A stretch of DNA of 64,000 nt. Source: an uncultured Acidobacteriota bacterium. Lineage in GTDB: Bacteria; Acidobacteriota; Thermoanaerobaculia; Gp7-AA8. A program made the translations under genes and the position numbers. This document shows positions 29,160 through 38,596 of the stretch, in pieces. The stretch spans positions 32,001 through 96,000 of the forward strand of contig CAWGHO010000002.1 in assembly GCA_963822445.1 (NCBI GenBank), read 5' to 3'. The notes below the pieces were generated by a model that saw only the letters and a program-made list of their open reading frames with translations, did no database searches and was not told the origin of the DNA. Position 1 is the first letter of the stretch. Each line of letters starts with the position of its first letter.

Positions 29160-29282
29160 GGGGTAGTGGTTGCGCATGGGGGATTGTTGGCTGGCGGTGC
29201 TCGTCGCCAGAGCGCCGATCGAGACGCCGCCGCGCGCCGGCTTGATCTCGGTGAGCTTCAGCCGCGTGAGATCCACCAGCGG
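29160..29282 (-). pseudogene. fragment of a second PaoB/YagS-like gene
   Basis: LVDLTRLKLTEIKPARGGVSIGALAT versus LVDVTRLQLAEIKPLRGGVSIGALAT in 17883..18872. Confidence 0.85.
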
Positions 29283-29350
29283 GCACACCCAACGAGGCAA
29301 AGCTGAAGGAAGTGATGGGGTTGCGCGGCAAACGACCCATGGTGTGTTCT

Positions 29351-29545
29351 CTAGTGCTTCCGGGGTTGACTCGGCGGCCCGTACGTCGAGGTTCCGCTAG
29401 TGGTCAGCGACGGCTTCTCAGGAGCCGTTGTCGTGAGCGGCTGGGTTGCTTCGCGATGGACCGTCTTGGAGTTCGCGCACTGCCGCCACGAGACCACGAT
29501 CGCGAACAGGATAAAGGCGAGCGCAAACGCGTGATGCCGCTTCAT
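29351..29545 (-). CDS. small exported or membrane-anchored peptide
   Basis: MKRHHAFALAFILFAIVVSW followed by a P/T/S-rich tail, 7 nt after the upstream stop. Confidence 0.45.
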   Translation of the reverse strand: MKRHHAFALAFILFAIVVSWRQCANSKTVHREATQPLTTTAPEKPSLTTSGTSTYGPPSQPRKH

Positions 29546-29552
29546 GCTGCGC

Positions 29553-29912
29553 CTACCCTGACCGCGGCCAGAGGACGATCGTCCCGCAAACCACTCCGGC
29601 GATGTGAGCGCCCAGCCACCAGGCGAGATCGGCCCAGCGATCACAGATTTCCTTTCTGTAGTTGTCGAGATCGGGCGTCAGGTCATCGATCTCATTCAGC
29701 ACGCCCTCGGCCGTGAGGGCGTAAGCCGCGGCGACCAGATAAAAGAAAGAGGAAGTCAACACCATCCTGGTCTTCGCCTGATCCGCGCCGCCGACGAGTG
29801 AAGTCATGAGATTGGTCACTGCGGATACTTCCAGCGTGAATAGAAGCATCAGCACGCGAGGGGTGAGCAGGCGTGTGTGCAGTTTCGTCACGAGGGCAGG
29901 GACTGTCGTCAT
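29553..29912 (-). CDS. hypothetical membrane protein (about 3 TM)
   Basis: Three hydrophobic segments. ATGA overlap with the upstream gene. Confidence 0.65.
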   Translation of the reverse strand: MTTVPALVTKLHTRLLTPRVLMLLFTLEVSAVTNLMTSLVGGADQAKTRMVLTSSFFYLVAAAYALTAEGVLNEIDDLTPDLDNYRKEICDRWADLAWWLGAHIAGVVCGTIVLWPRSG

Positions 29913-31198
29913 TCCGTCACCACTGTCTCGCGAAGGAAGGCCTGCACCCGTTCGAGCAGCCTCTCTTTCTCACGCTTGTCGAAGGGTAGTCCAAGGAGAT
30001 TTGCCACTCGTGTGGTGAACTGATCGGGCCGACAGGGCTGTAGGGTTTCAAGGTGATCGCACAGTTGGGGGATCGCCTGTTTGAGCCGGTCGATCCGGCC
30101 GTGCTTTGAGCCGTAAACGAATGTAGCGGCGACGTCGATTGATCGCAATTTCTTGATCATCGAGGCGTAGAACAGCGGAGCAGCCACGTCCTCATAGAAA
30201 AGAAAGTCTGATCGTTTCAGCTTCCGCGCGACCTGCTTCCGATGGCCTTGGCGATCCGGCTTGAACTTCTTGGACAACATGTCCCGGGTGAAGCGGAGAA
30301 TCGTTTCGATATCCTCGAGGGAGGCGCCCTCACCGGTACGCGTCGGGGTTTGTGTGCGGCGTTCGACCTCGTCGGGAGGCCGCAGTTCGCGCGATTTCCG
30401 TTCGTAGTCGTCGATCTCTTCGTTGACGACCTTTGCGAACGTTTGCACCGCCTCGAGACCGTCTCCTTCCGTATCACTGGCGAAGACCGCGTAAACGGCA
30501 CGTGGAAACATGGGAACGCTGTAGATGTTGTTAACGAGCCGATTCAGGTTGGCGACGTCGATCAGCCGCTCATCATCGAACGGCCTCACTTTTTCGAGCT
30601 CGCTGCCCATGAAAATTGCGATGTGCGCCTCGCCGTTGACGATTTCGTCGATGCGAGCCTGGGGATCGGAAACTGTGTAGTGACTGACCACGCCGAACCG
30701 CTCGACCTTATTGTCATGCCATTCATGAGGTGACCCGCGCGGCGGAAAGAACACATCGGGTGTCGAGTGATGAAGAACCACGCGCGAGATGTTGCTCGTG
30801 GTCAGCTCCGCTTCGCGCACAGCGACCATGAAGATGTCTTTTTCCGATGCAGGCGTACTGGGAGGTGGCTCCTGACGGAGTCTGAAAACGAAGATGTCGT
30901 TTCGCGTCGCTACCGCAGGTCCGATGATCTTCAGCGCCTCGGACTCTACATTCTCGGCACAGTGGCCTATGGGCAGGAGCATGATCGACAGGGCGTTAGG
31001 CCGCCGCTCCTTGCGGAAGCGTTGATAAGCGGTAGGGTTGATCCCCGATGTCTCGACGTCGAACTGGCGGTGCTCCAGCTTACCTTTGGTAGAGCGCTGC
31101 CACCGCTCCGCGAGTCGATTGAAGTCCAGGCGATTCTCTGAGAACAGGTTGTTCCACATCTCCGGCGTGTACAGCACCACGTCGGTCAGAGCGCTCAC
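29909..31198 (-). CDS. hypothetical protein, probable divergent MqnA/MqnD/SBP (type II periplasmic-binding fold), no signal peptide
   Basis: GGAGG RBS. Colinear motifs DVET, VAV....LTTS, I.EIVNGEAHIAIF, LIDV and PMFPRAVYAV resemble recalled MqnD/MqnA motifs. Confidence 0.5.
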   Translation of the reverse strand: MSALTDVVLYTPEMWNNLFSENRLDFNRLAERWQRSTKGKLEHRQFDVETSGINPTAYQRFRKERRPNALSIMLLPIGHCAENVESEALKIIGPAVATRNDIFVFRLRQEPPPSTPASEKDIFMVAVREAELTTSNISRVVLHHSTPDVFFPPRGSPHEWHDNKVERFGVVSHYTVSDPQARIDEIVNGEAHIAIFMGSELEKVRPFDDERLIDVANLNRLVNNIYSVPMFPRAVYAVFASDTEGDGLEAVQTFAKVVNEEIDDYERKSRELRPPDEVERRTQTPTRTGEGASLEDIETILRFTRDMLSKKFKPDRQGHRKQVARKLKRSDFLFYEDVAAPLFYASMIKKLRSIDVAATFVYGSKHGRIDRLKQAIPQLCDHLETLQPCRPDQFTTRVANLLGLPFDKREKERLLERVQAFLRETVVTE

Positions 31199-31241
31199 TG
31201 AATTTGTTCCTCCGAAGGATGGTTTTTGTCTGCTACCCGTC

Positions 31242-31393
31242 TAGGAGTGACGCGTCCAGTGATTTCCCTACCCTGAGCGGCCGCTAAACCGAAGGACCAA
31301 TCCCTGCAACGCGGTTTCACTCCTCTGGTGCCATGATCAATGCCTCGCGTGTCATCCGCCCGGGTAGGGAACCGCATCTCTCCGTCACTCCTA
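31242..31393. other. nested inverted-repeat element (candidate structured RNA) in the divergent intergenic region
   Basis: Perfect 11-bp and 10-bp nested stems plus inner gcgg/ccgc and aaaccg/cggttt stems. Confidence 0.6.
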
Positions 31394-31551
31394 CAGGAGG
31401 GAGGCGTCCATCGATGGGGGAAGTACTCGCTACGTGCGTTCTTTTTCGGAGGACGTCACCGGGAACGACGGATGGAACGACGATGCGCGGCGATCGATCT
31501 TCCGTTCTCTACGGGACAGTTCAAAGGTAACTTGAGTAGAGTGGAGGCTTG

Positions 31552-32577
31552 ATGCAATACCGTCATGTCCGGCTCGTTCCGGTCGCCGTCATCGCCATCG
31601 TTCTCTGCGCCTGTCCCACCGTCGAAAAACCGGTCAACACCGACACGGCGGCAACGGCGACCACCGCCACTTTCGCTACCAACACACCCACCGCCGCATC
31701 CGCGCCGATTCGCATCGGCTACCAGAAGCTCTCCATCTACGCGCCGGTGTTTATCGCGCAGGACAAGGGCTTCTTCCGGGAGCAGGGGTTGACCGTCGAG
31801 CTGTCGCCGTTCACCTCGGCTAATCAGATGATGAATGCGGTCCTCGCCGGACAGCTCGAAGGTACCGGACTGTCGAACGTGCAGGTGGCGTTGTCGGTCG
31901 AGGCGAAGGACCCGGGGAAGGCGCGTTTCATTAACTTCCTGGTCTGGAATCCCGATAGCTACGCCGACTACTTCATCACCCGCAAAGGCAGCGGCATCAA
32001 GACCGTCAAGGGCGTTCAGGAGAAAACCGTTGGAATCCATCCTGGATCTGCGGTGAAGGCGTTCGCCACGGCTCTGCTGGAGAGCGAAGGGGTCGACATC
32101 AAGAAGACACCCATCATCGAGCTCGAGCCGGCCACCATGGCGGCGGCGCTGGTCGCCGGACGCATCGATGCGCTCTACTGCATGGATCCGGTGGCGACGA
32201 AGCTCGTCACGGCCAAACAGGCTGACGTGCTCGTGCATAACCCCATCGGCAAGATAGCGGGGTCGCCGGTGCCAATCTCGGGGACGTTGATCGCCTCGAG
32301 TTTCGCAAAGAGTCGCGCCAATGACGCGCGTTCCTTCGAAGCGGCCATCGAGAAAGCGATCGACTATATCCGGGATCAGGTTAATCATGCCGAGATGGCC
32401 CGGATCGTCGCCAAGTACACGGATGCCACGGCCGAAGACATCCAAAGGGAGCGCGTACCGCAATATTGGAAACGATCGGAAATCGATCGCGCACGGGTGC
32501 GAGCCCTTTCGGATCGCTTCCGTGCGCTCGGGATCATCCCTGAGGGTGTATCGGCCGATAGGATGATCATGGAATGA
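31552..32577 (+). CDS. ABC transporter substrate-binding lipoprotein (SsuA/NMT1/THI5-like)
   Basis: Lipobox [26 protein letters not shown] and ALVAGRIDA...DP. Confidence 0.9.
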   Translation: MQYRHVRLVPVAVIAIVLCACPTVEKPVNTDTAATATTATFATNTPTAASAPIRIGYQKLSIYAPVFIAQDKGFFREQGLTVELSPFTSANQMMNAVLAGQLEGTGLSNVQVALSVEAKDPGKARFINFLVWNPDSYADYFITRKGSGIKTVKGVQEKTVGIHPGSAVKAFATALLESEGVDIKKTPIIELEPATMAAALVAGRIDALYCMDPVATKLVTAKQADVLVHNPIGKIAGSPVPISGTLIASSFAKSRANDARSFEAAIEKAIDYIRDQVNHAEMARIVAKYTDATAEDIQRERVPQYWKRSEIDRARVRALSDRFRALGIIPEGVSADRMIME

Positions 32578-33359
32578 CTGTGGCGGAAGGAGGCGACGCT
32601 CGCCTCGTCATTTCCGGTTTGTCCAAGCGCTACAGCAACCGCGGAGTCGTCTCTCCCGTCATCGACGACGTCAGCCTCTCCGTCGCGGACGGCGAGGTAG
32701 TGAGCATCTTCGGACCGAACGGCTGCGGCAAGTCCACCCTGCTGCACGTCGTGGCCGGCATCACTCCGCACGAAGAGGGCCGGATCTCCATCGCCGGCCA
32801 TGGCGACGGCCGCTCGATCGGCATGGTCTTCCAGAATTACGCCGCGTCGCTGATGCCGTGGCGCACCTGCGCGGAAAACATCACCCTGCCGCTAGAAGCC
32901 ACGCCGGCGCTGCCGCGAACGGAGCGGTTGCAGCGCCGCCGGGAGCTTCTCGACGATCTCGATCTGGACGTGCCGCTCGAGCTCTATCCCTATCAGATGA
33001 GTGGCGGGCAGAAGCAGTTGTCATGCATCGCTCGGGCACTGATCTTCCGGCCGGTGCTCCTGCTGCTCGACGAGCCATTCGTATCGCTCGACTACCAAAC
33101 CAGGACGTTCCTGCACGCGACCCTGATGAAGATCTGGGGCCGCACGCGCGTGACCACCGTGGTGGTTTCGCACGATATCGACGAGGCGATCTACCTCGCC
33201 CATCGCGTGGTGCTGCTCACCAGTCGCCCCTGCCGTGTGGCGCGTACGTTCGACGTCCCGTTTCCGCATCCGCGGCCGGCTTCGGTCATAAACGATCCGG
33301 CATTCATCAAGCTGCGCCGCGAACTCGCGGCCGCGTTCAGTGAGGTCGCCGCGGCATGA
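32574..33359 (+). CDS. ABC transporter ATP-binding protein (SsuB/TauB-like)
   Basis: [27 protein letters not shown] and SHDIDEA. Confidence 0.95.
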   Translation: MTVAEGGDARLVISGLSKRYSNRGVVSPVIDDVSLSVADGEVVSIFGPNGCGKSTLLHVVAGITPHEEGRISIAGHGDGRSIGMVFQNYAASLMPWRTCAENITLPLEATPALPRTERLQRRRELLDDLDLDVPLELYPYQMSGGQKQLSCIARALIFRPVLLLLDEPFVSLDYQTRTFLHATLMKIWGRTRVTTVVVSHDIDEAIYLAHRVVLLTSRPCRVARTFDVPFPHPRPASVINDPAFIKLRRELAAAFSEVAAA

Positions 33360-34099
33360 CCTTCTACCGGGTGATCGGCGTGGTGGTGCTGTTCGTAATC
33401 TGGGCCGCGGTCGCTGCTTCGGACTGGGTCTCGCCGATTCTCGTGCCGTCGCCGCTGACTGTGGCCCAGGACGGGTTGGCCCTCGTTTCGGCCGCGCCGA
33501 TCTGGCAAGACCTCGGCCGCACCGCCTATCGCACGCTGCTCTCGTTCGGTATCGCGACACTCGTTGGTGTCCCGCTGGGCATCGCCATGGGTAGCATGCG
33601 CGCGGTATATCTCACCTTAGAATTCTTGGTCGACTTCTTCCGCTCCATTCCGCCACTGGCGCTGTTCCCTCTGTTTCTGCTTTCGTTTGGAATCGGGGAG
33701 GGATCGAAGATCGCGGTGCCCATATACGGCGCAACTCTAGTGGTCATCGTAGCCAGTGCGTACGGCGTCGTGACGGTTTCGCCGCTACGGCGCACGGTGG
33801 GCAAGCTGTTCGGCCTCGACCGGATGCAGGTGCTGACCAAGATCGTCCTGCCTGAGGCCCTGCCACATGTGATTGCCGGGCTGCGGACGGCGCTCTCGCT
33901 GTCGCTCGTGCTCACAGTTGTTGTTGAAATGTTGATCGGGTCGGGCAGCGGTATCGGCAAACGGATCTATGATTACCAACTCCTCTTCGAGACACCTAAT
34001 ATGTATGTCGCTATCGTCCTAACAGGTATCCTCGGATTTGGTCTTAACAAGATCATGGTCCTGATCGAGCAACGCGTGCTCCATTGGACCAGCTCGTGA
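33356..34099 (+). CDS. ABC transporter permease (SsuC/TauC-like)
   Basis: [20 protein letters not shown] and VVVEM...SGIG. Confidence 0.93.
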   Translation: MTFYRVIGVVVLFVIWAAVAASDWVSPILVPSPLTVAQDGLALVSAAPIWQDLGRTAYRTLLSFGIATLVGVPLGIAMGSMRAVYLTLEFLVDFFRSIPPLALFPLFLLSFGIGEGSKIAVPIYGATLVVIVASAYGVVTVSPLRRTVGKLFGLDRMQVLTKIVLPEALPHVIAGLRTALSLSLVLTVVVEMLIGSGSGIGKRIYDYQLLFETPNMYVAIVLTGILGFGLNKIMVLIEQRVLHWTSS

Positions 34100-35247
34100 T
34101 CCGATTCTCCGTCGGCTACAACTTCGACCCGTTTCTGGCGGCGGAGCTGGCTCGGCTCAACGCGGAGAACGCCGGGACGTCGCGAATCGACGAGGTCTTT
34201 GCCGCCCTCAGTTATGGACCAGCCCCTTCGGCCCGTCCGCAATCGCGCATTCCGCGTCTCTCGTTCGCCGAATTAGCCGCGCACGTGCGGACCGTCGCGG
34301 CGGCGGGCATCTCCTTCAATTACCTGCTGAATACCGATTGGCTTCCGCCGACGCCCGCCGCGCGCGAAGACCTGCGGCTGTTTGTCGGGGAAGTCGTCGA
34401 TGCCGGAGTACGCCGGTTCACGGTAGGAACGCCGCAACTGGCGGCGCTGCTGCGCGAGAATTACGGCGACGTCCACCTGACCCTGTCAATCACATACGGT
34501 ACAGACACGCTCGAGCATCTTCGGAGCGCCGCCGGCTCGGGCATCGACGCGGTCTACCTCGATGGTGTCACCGTCAATCGTGACTTCCCGCTGCTCCGCA
34601 CGCTGGTCGCCGCGTCGCTGTATGAGCCGCGGCTCTACGCGAACCTGAGCTGCATCTCCGGCTGTCCAGTCGTGCGGCAGCACTACAAGCTCTTCGCTCG
34701 GCAGCACGACCGCGGCACGGCGCAGCGCAACGACGCCTTCTTCGCCGGCTGCAGCGCGGTCAAGCTCGGCAATCCGGTGGAGTGGCTGCAGATGCCATGG
34801 ATCCGTCCCGAGGATGTGACGGCGTATGCGGCGGAGGGAGTAACCCACTTTAAGCTCGCGGACAGGCTCGCGCCGACGCCGATCCTGGTGCAGATCGCGG
34901 AGGCCTATCTTTCCCGCCGGTCACCCTCCGATCTCTTCACCATCATCGAGCGCGACGGTGCGAAGTTCTCGCTCGTGGCCGACATTCCGGCTGGCACTAG
35001 GCCGATACGCGTCAGTGCGGATCGCATCCCCGGCGACTTTATCGAGCACTTCCGCTCCGGCGCATGCCGCAGCCGCGATCGGGAGTGCTTGTACTGCGTC
35101 GACGTCGCTCACGACGCGGTGCGGATCGCCCACGGCCTCTCGGGTCTAGTTGTGCCTGAGGCGGTGCGGAGGCATGCGCCGGCGCCGTTGCTGGCGCGCA
35201 TGGTCGGCGAGCAGGAAGCATACTCCGGGTCCACAAGCCGGAGGTAA
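34096..35247 (+). CDS. U32 'peptidase'-family Fe-S protein (putative hydroxylase)
   Basis: FNYLLN, N..CISGCP...H...C, WIRPED, FKLADR and C-terminal C.....C..C. GTGA overlap with the permease. Confidence 0.85.
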   Translation: MIRFSVGYNFDPFLAAELARLNAENAGTSRIDEVFAALSYGPAPSARPQSRIPRLSFAELAAHVRTVAAAGISFNYLLNTDWLPPTPAAREDLRLFVGEVVDAGVRRFTVGTPQLAALLRENYGDVHLTLSITYGTDTLEHLRSAAGSGIDAVYLDGVTVNRDFPLLRTLVAASLYEPRLYANLSCISGCPVVRQHYKLFARQHDRGTAQRNDAFFAGCSAVKLGNPVEWLQMPWIRPEDVTAYAAEGVTHFKLADRLAPTPILVQIAEAYLSRRSPSDLFTIIERDGAKFSLVADIPAGTRPIRVSADRIPGDFIEHFRSGACRSRDRECLYCVDVAHDAVRIAHGLSGLVVPEAVRRHAPAPLLARMVGEQEAYSGSTSRR

Positions 35248-36176
35248 CTGCTCGTGCTCGCGCACCTTGCCGACGTTCCATGATGTTCGCGGCCCGTCGG
35301 CCCGACGACCCTGTCCTCTGCACACTTTCGCGCCTTCCGGCCGATGCGATGGCTGAGAACTTGAGATGTGAGGCGAGTGGCACGAAGCGACTCCGCAGCC
35401 TTCTGGAACTCGATTGCGGCGATACTCCAGAACCACTCTTCGCTTTCCAGCCCGGACCTGACGGAGCGCGATCTGCTTGACTGTGCAACGAGCACGCACC
35501 GGCGTCAACCCACACTCAACCTAAGGCTGCAAACCGAGGAAGAGATCGTCGAGATCGTGACGACCGCCAATGAAGGCTGCCTGTCCATTCCGATCCTTGA
35601 GCACCCCAAGGTCGCCATCGTCTCGGCATTTCTGTGAAAATCACAGAGTTTCGGGGTTCGCATCGCGGCGCGAGACGCGCTACGACGGCAGCATCGCCTC
35701 CGTCAGAAGGCCGAGCTGCGGGCTCGCCTCGCCGCAAGCACTGGCAGCGAGGCATGGGTGTACGCCGAGGCACTGACCACGTATGGCGATCCTCATCTTC
35801 TCGCCAGAGAGGATGAGCTTTGTATCTGGCCGGTCTTGGCAGCGGCTCCTCGCACGCTGCGGAAGCTATCCCACAAGTGGCTTGAACGCCGTGCGAAGGC
35901 GATCGAGCGCGAGGCGGAGAGCGAAGATTTCCTTCGCGGACGTAGTGATCAGTAATCAGTCTTGCCTATCGCTGCTCGCGCGACGTTAAATTCGATGATC
36001 TGAAGGAACGGTGGTTCGGGACCGATCGGGACCTCATGAAGTGGTCGGCGCTGCTGCGCGGGAAGAGATTTTGAGCGCCGGTGCGAGCAACGACATTCAT
36101 TACCTGACAGAAAGTGCGCGACAGGTACACAGGAAATAAGGCAGCCTGGCAAGTATTGATTACAAATGGTTTACAT

Positions 36177-36252
36177 TGGAGCGGGCGACGGGATTCGAAC
36201 CCGCGACCAAGAGCTTGGGAAGCTCCTACTCTACCAACTGAGCTACGCCCGC
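36177..36252 (-). tRNA. tRNA-Gly (CCC)
   Basis: gcgggcgtagctcagttggtagag...ttCCCaa...ggttcgaatccc...cgcccgctCCA, a 76-nt cloverleaf. Confidence 0.97.
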
Positions 36253-37058
36253 TCAGGCGAGAGGGCGGATTGTAGCGCGATCCACTCGAACATCAACGGG
36301 CTGGACACCCATTCGATCCGCGGCGCTCGTTTGGCCGTTTCCAGCTCGTCATTCAGGCGGTCGATCTCATCGTCCGGGGCGAGGGCGTAATCGCGCAGAG
36401 TCGGCAGGAGCGAGAGCAGGGCGATGCGCGGGATCTCGTAGCCGGTGGCCGGCGGGTAGTGCACGTGGTAGGCGCGGTGACTGTGCACCTCCAGGCCCGC
36501 GTTCTCCAGGTACGTGCCGCCGCGGCGACCGAAGTCCGTCGTCGCGCCGCGGGCTCGCGCGGCGGCAGTCACCAGTTCCCACACGCGGGTCATTGCCGGG
36601 ACGAAGGGCTCGGAGGTTGGGGCGTGGGACGCGAGGTCCGAGGGCTCGTGGGCGATGAAGACGCCGCCGGGACGGAGCATCGCTGCGGCCCGGCGAACGG
36701 TGGCAAGAGGATCGGGTTGATGAAGCAGGAACAGGCGGCAGTAGACGAGATCCGCGTTCGTGACCGGTGGAGCGATCGTGTTCACATCCCCGTGCACCAG
36801 GCGAACAGAAGGGACGAGTGCACGCGCTCGCTCGAGGGCAGCGGCACTCGCGTCGACGCCGATCACCGTGCCCGACGGTCCGACCACCGAAGACAGCGCG
36901 GAGAGCGCCCCGAGCGGACCACATCCGACATCCACCACCGTCGAGCCTGCTGACACACCCGCGCGCCGGCAGGCGTCGACCACGTAGTCGGATTCTGCGC
37001 TGGCCAGCGCGATCAGTCGCCGGTGTTCCTCGTCGCTCGCAGCCAGGGAGTACGCCAA
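36243..37058 (-). CDS. class I SAM-dependent methyltransferase
   Basis: VVDVGCGPLG, IGVD, HGD, DLVYCRLFLLH and LRPGG. TTG start uncertain. The stop lies inside the tRNA. Confidence 0.85.
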   Translation of the reverse strand: MAYSLAASDEEHRRLIALASAESDYVVDACRRAGVSAGSTVVDVGCGPLGALSALSSVVGPSGTVIGVDASAAALERARALVPSVRLVHGDVNTIAPPVTNADLVYCRLFLLHQPDPLATVRRAAAMLRPGGVFIAHEPSDLASHAPTSEPFVPAMTRVWELVTAAARARGATTDFGRRGGTYLENAGLEVHSHRAYHVHYPPATGYEIPRIALLSLLPTLRDYALAPDDEIDRLNDELETAKRAPRIEWVSSPLMFEWIALQSALSPERA

Positions 37059-37155
37059 TCGCCGGCAGTTTACGAAGATCGGCTCTCCGTGTGCATGACA
37101 GACCAGCAGAAATACGGCAGAGAGAGAAAAGAGGTTTGCGGATGGCAAGGCCCGA

Positions 37156-37530
37156 ATGACCGGTTCGACACCCCCTCGTGTCCTCGTTGCGGACGACGAG
37201 AGCTCCATACGTTTGCTGGTCAGCCGCGTTCTGAAACGCGCCGGCTTCGACCCCGTGGAAGCAACCGACGGCCAGGATGCGATCGAGCATCTCGATGCCG
37301 GCGACTACGACGTGCTCGTCCTCGACCTGATGATGCCCCGCGTCGACGGTTTCGGCGTCGTCGAGCATCTCATCGAGACCAAGCCGCGGATGATGGAGAA
37401 GACCGTTGTCATGACCGCGTTTCCGAAAGCGGCGGCCAAGGAACGCCTGCATCACCTCTGCTGCATCCTCTCCAAGCCCTTCGAAGTCGCGGAGCTGATC
37501 AGCCTCGTCCGCGAGTGTGCCGCGCGATGA
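37156..37530 (+). CDS. single-domain response regulator
   Basis: VLVADD, VLDLMMP and KPF motifs. Confidence 0.9.
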   Translation: MTGSTPPRVLVADDESSIRLLVSRVLKRAGFDPVEATDGQDAIEHLDAGDYDVLVLDLMMPRVDGFGVVEHLIETKPRMMEKTVVMTAFPKAAAKERLHHLCCILSKPFEVAELISLVRECAAR

Positions 37531-38594
37531 CCATCACCATTCCCACGGAACCGATCGGCAGCATCCCACGGCCGCTCGAGCTGATCGAAGCAATCTCGAA
37601 GGGCGATGCCGACGATCCGGCGCTCGACGCGCTTTACGACGCGGCCATTCGCGACACGATCGCGCGATTCGAGGCCACCGGCTCGCCGGTGATCACCGAC
37701 GGCGAGCAGCGCAAGTACCACAACTTCTGGACCTACTCCGTCCACGGCCTCGCCAACACGGCGCCGGACGGTTTCAAGATCCCCTTCTCCGCCGGACACA
37801 CGCGCCGCATGCCGCGCCTCGTTTCCGGGCCGTTCCGCTACCGCAGACTCGCCGACAGCTATCTCGACGTCGCCCACCGTTACGCGCGGCTGCCGGTGAA
37901 GCAGGCCGTCATCTCCCCTTCCGCGCTGAGCCTCATGTATCCCGCGGACGGCATCGACGGCTATTCGCGCGATCAGTTCATCGACGATCTCCTCGAGCAG
38001 CACCAGACCGAGATCCGCCGCTGCCTGGCCAAAGGCGCGCACAAGGTGCAGATCGATTTCACCGAGGGGCGGCTGGCGGTGAAGATCGACCCGTCGGGTG
38101 ATCTGTTGACGAGCTTCATCGATCTCAACAACCTCGCCCTTTCGCGCTTCTCCGCCGAAGAGCGCGCGAAGATCGGCGTGCACACCTGCCCCGGCGGCGA
38201 TCGCGACTCCACGCACAGCGCCGAGGTCGACTACGCCGACCTCCTTCCCAGCCTCTTCCAGCTCAAGGTCGGAAACTTCTATATCGCCCTCGCCGGCGAA
38301 AAAGACCGCACGCACGTACTGAAGATGATCCGCAAATACCTGAAGCCGGATCACCGCGTGTTCGTCGGCGTCGTCGCACCGATCGATCCGCACATCGAGA
38401 CGCCGGAAGAAGTGCGCGACCGCGTGCTCGAAGCCGCGGAGTACATCCCCGTCGAGCAGTTGGGAACGACCGACGACTGCGGCTTCTCTCCGTTCAGCGA
38501 CGACACCTCGACGACGCGCGAAACGGCCTTCGCCAAGATCCGCGCCCGCGTCGAAGGAACGAAGCTGGCCTCCGCACGACTCGGAGGCAACTGA
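37527..38594 (+). CDS. cobalamin-independent methionine synthase II-family (single-barrel MetE-like) protein
   Basis: IGSIPRP, ITDGEQ, VQID, HTCPG and DDCGF. Confidence 0.88.
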   Translation: MTITIPTEPIGSIPRPLELIEAISKGDADDPALDALYDAAIRDTIARFEATGSPVITDGEQRKYHNFWTYSVHGLANTAPDGFKIPFSAGHTRRMPRLVSGPFRYRRLADSYLDVAHRYARLPVKQAVISPSALSLMYPADGIDGYSRDQFIDDLLEQHQTEIRRCLAKGAHKVQIDFTEGRLAVKIDPSGDLLTSFIDLNNLALSRFSAEERAKIGVHTCPGGDRDSTHSAEVDYADLLPSLFQLKVGNFYIALAGEKDRTHVLKMIRKYLKPDHRVFVGVVAPIDPHIETPEEVRDRVLEAAEYIPVEQLGTTDDCGFSPFSDDTSTTRETAFAKIRARVEGTKLASARLGGN

Positions 38595-38596
38595 TC

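Larger units (their letters stand above)
29154..36176. mobile_element. decayed genomic island integrated at tRNA-Gly(CCC); no integrase visible
   Basis: Flanked by the 14-bp direct repeat. Contains atypical-composition genes and gene debris, with an AT-rich tract next to the tRNA. Confidence 0.55.

Noticed and set aside
31242-31393. Retron msr-msd or a known riboswitch (TPP, SAM, cobalamin)
   Set aside because: There is no reverse transcriptase nearby and I could not find the conserved cores of those riboswitches. It is kept only as an unknown structured element.
35280-36160. Integrase remnant next to the tRNA
   Set aside because: The short ORFs show no R/HxxR/Y motifs, so the region is treated as unidentified debris.
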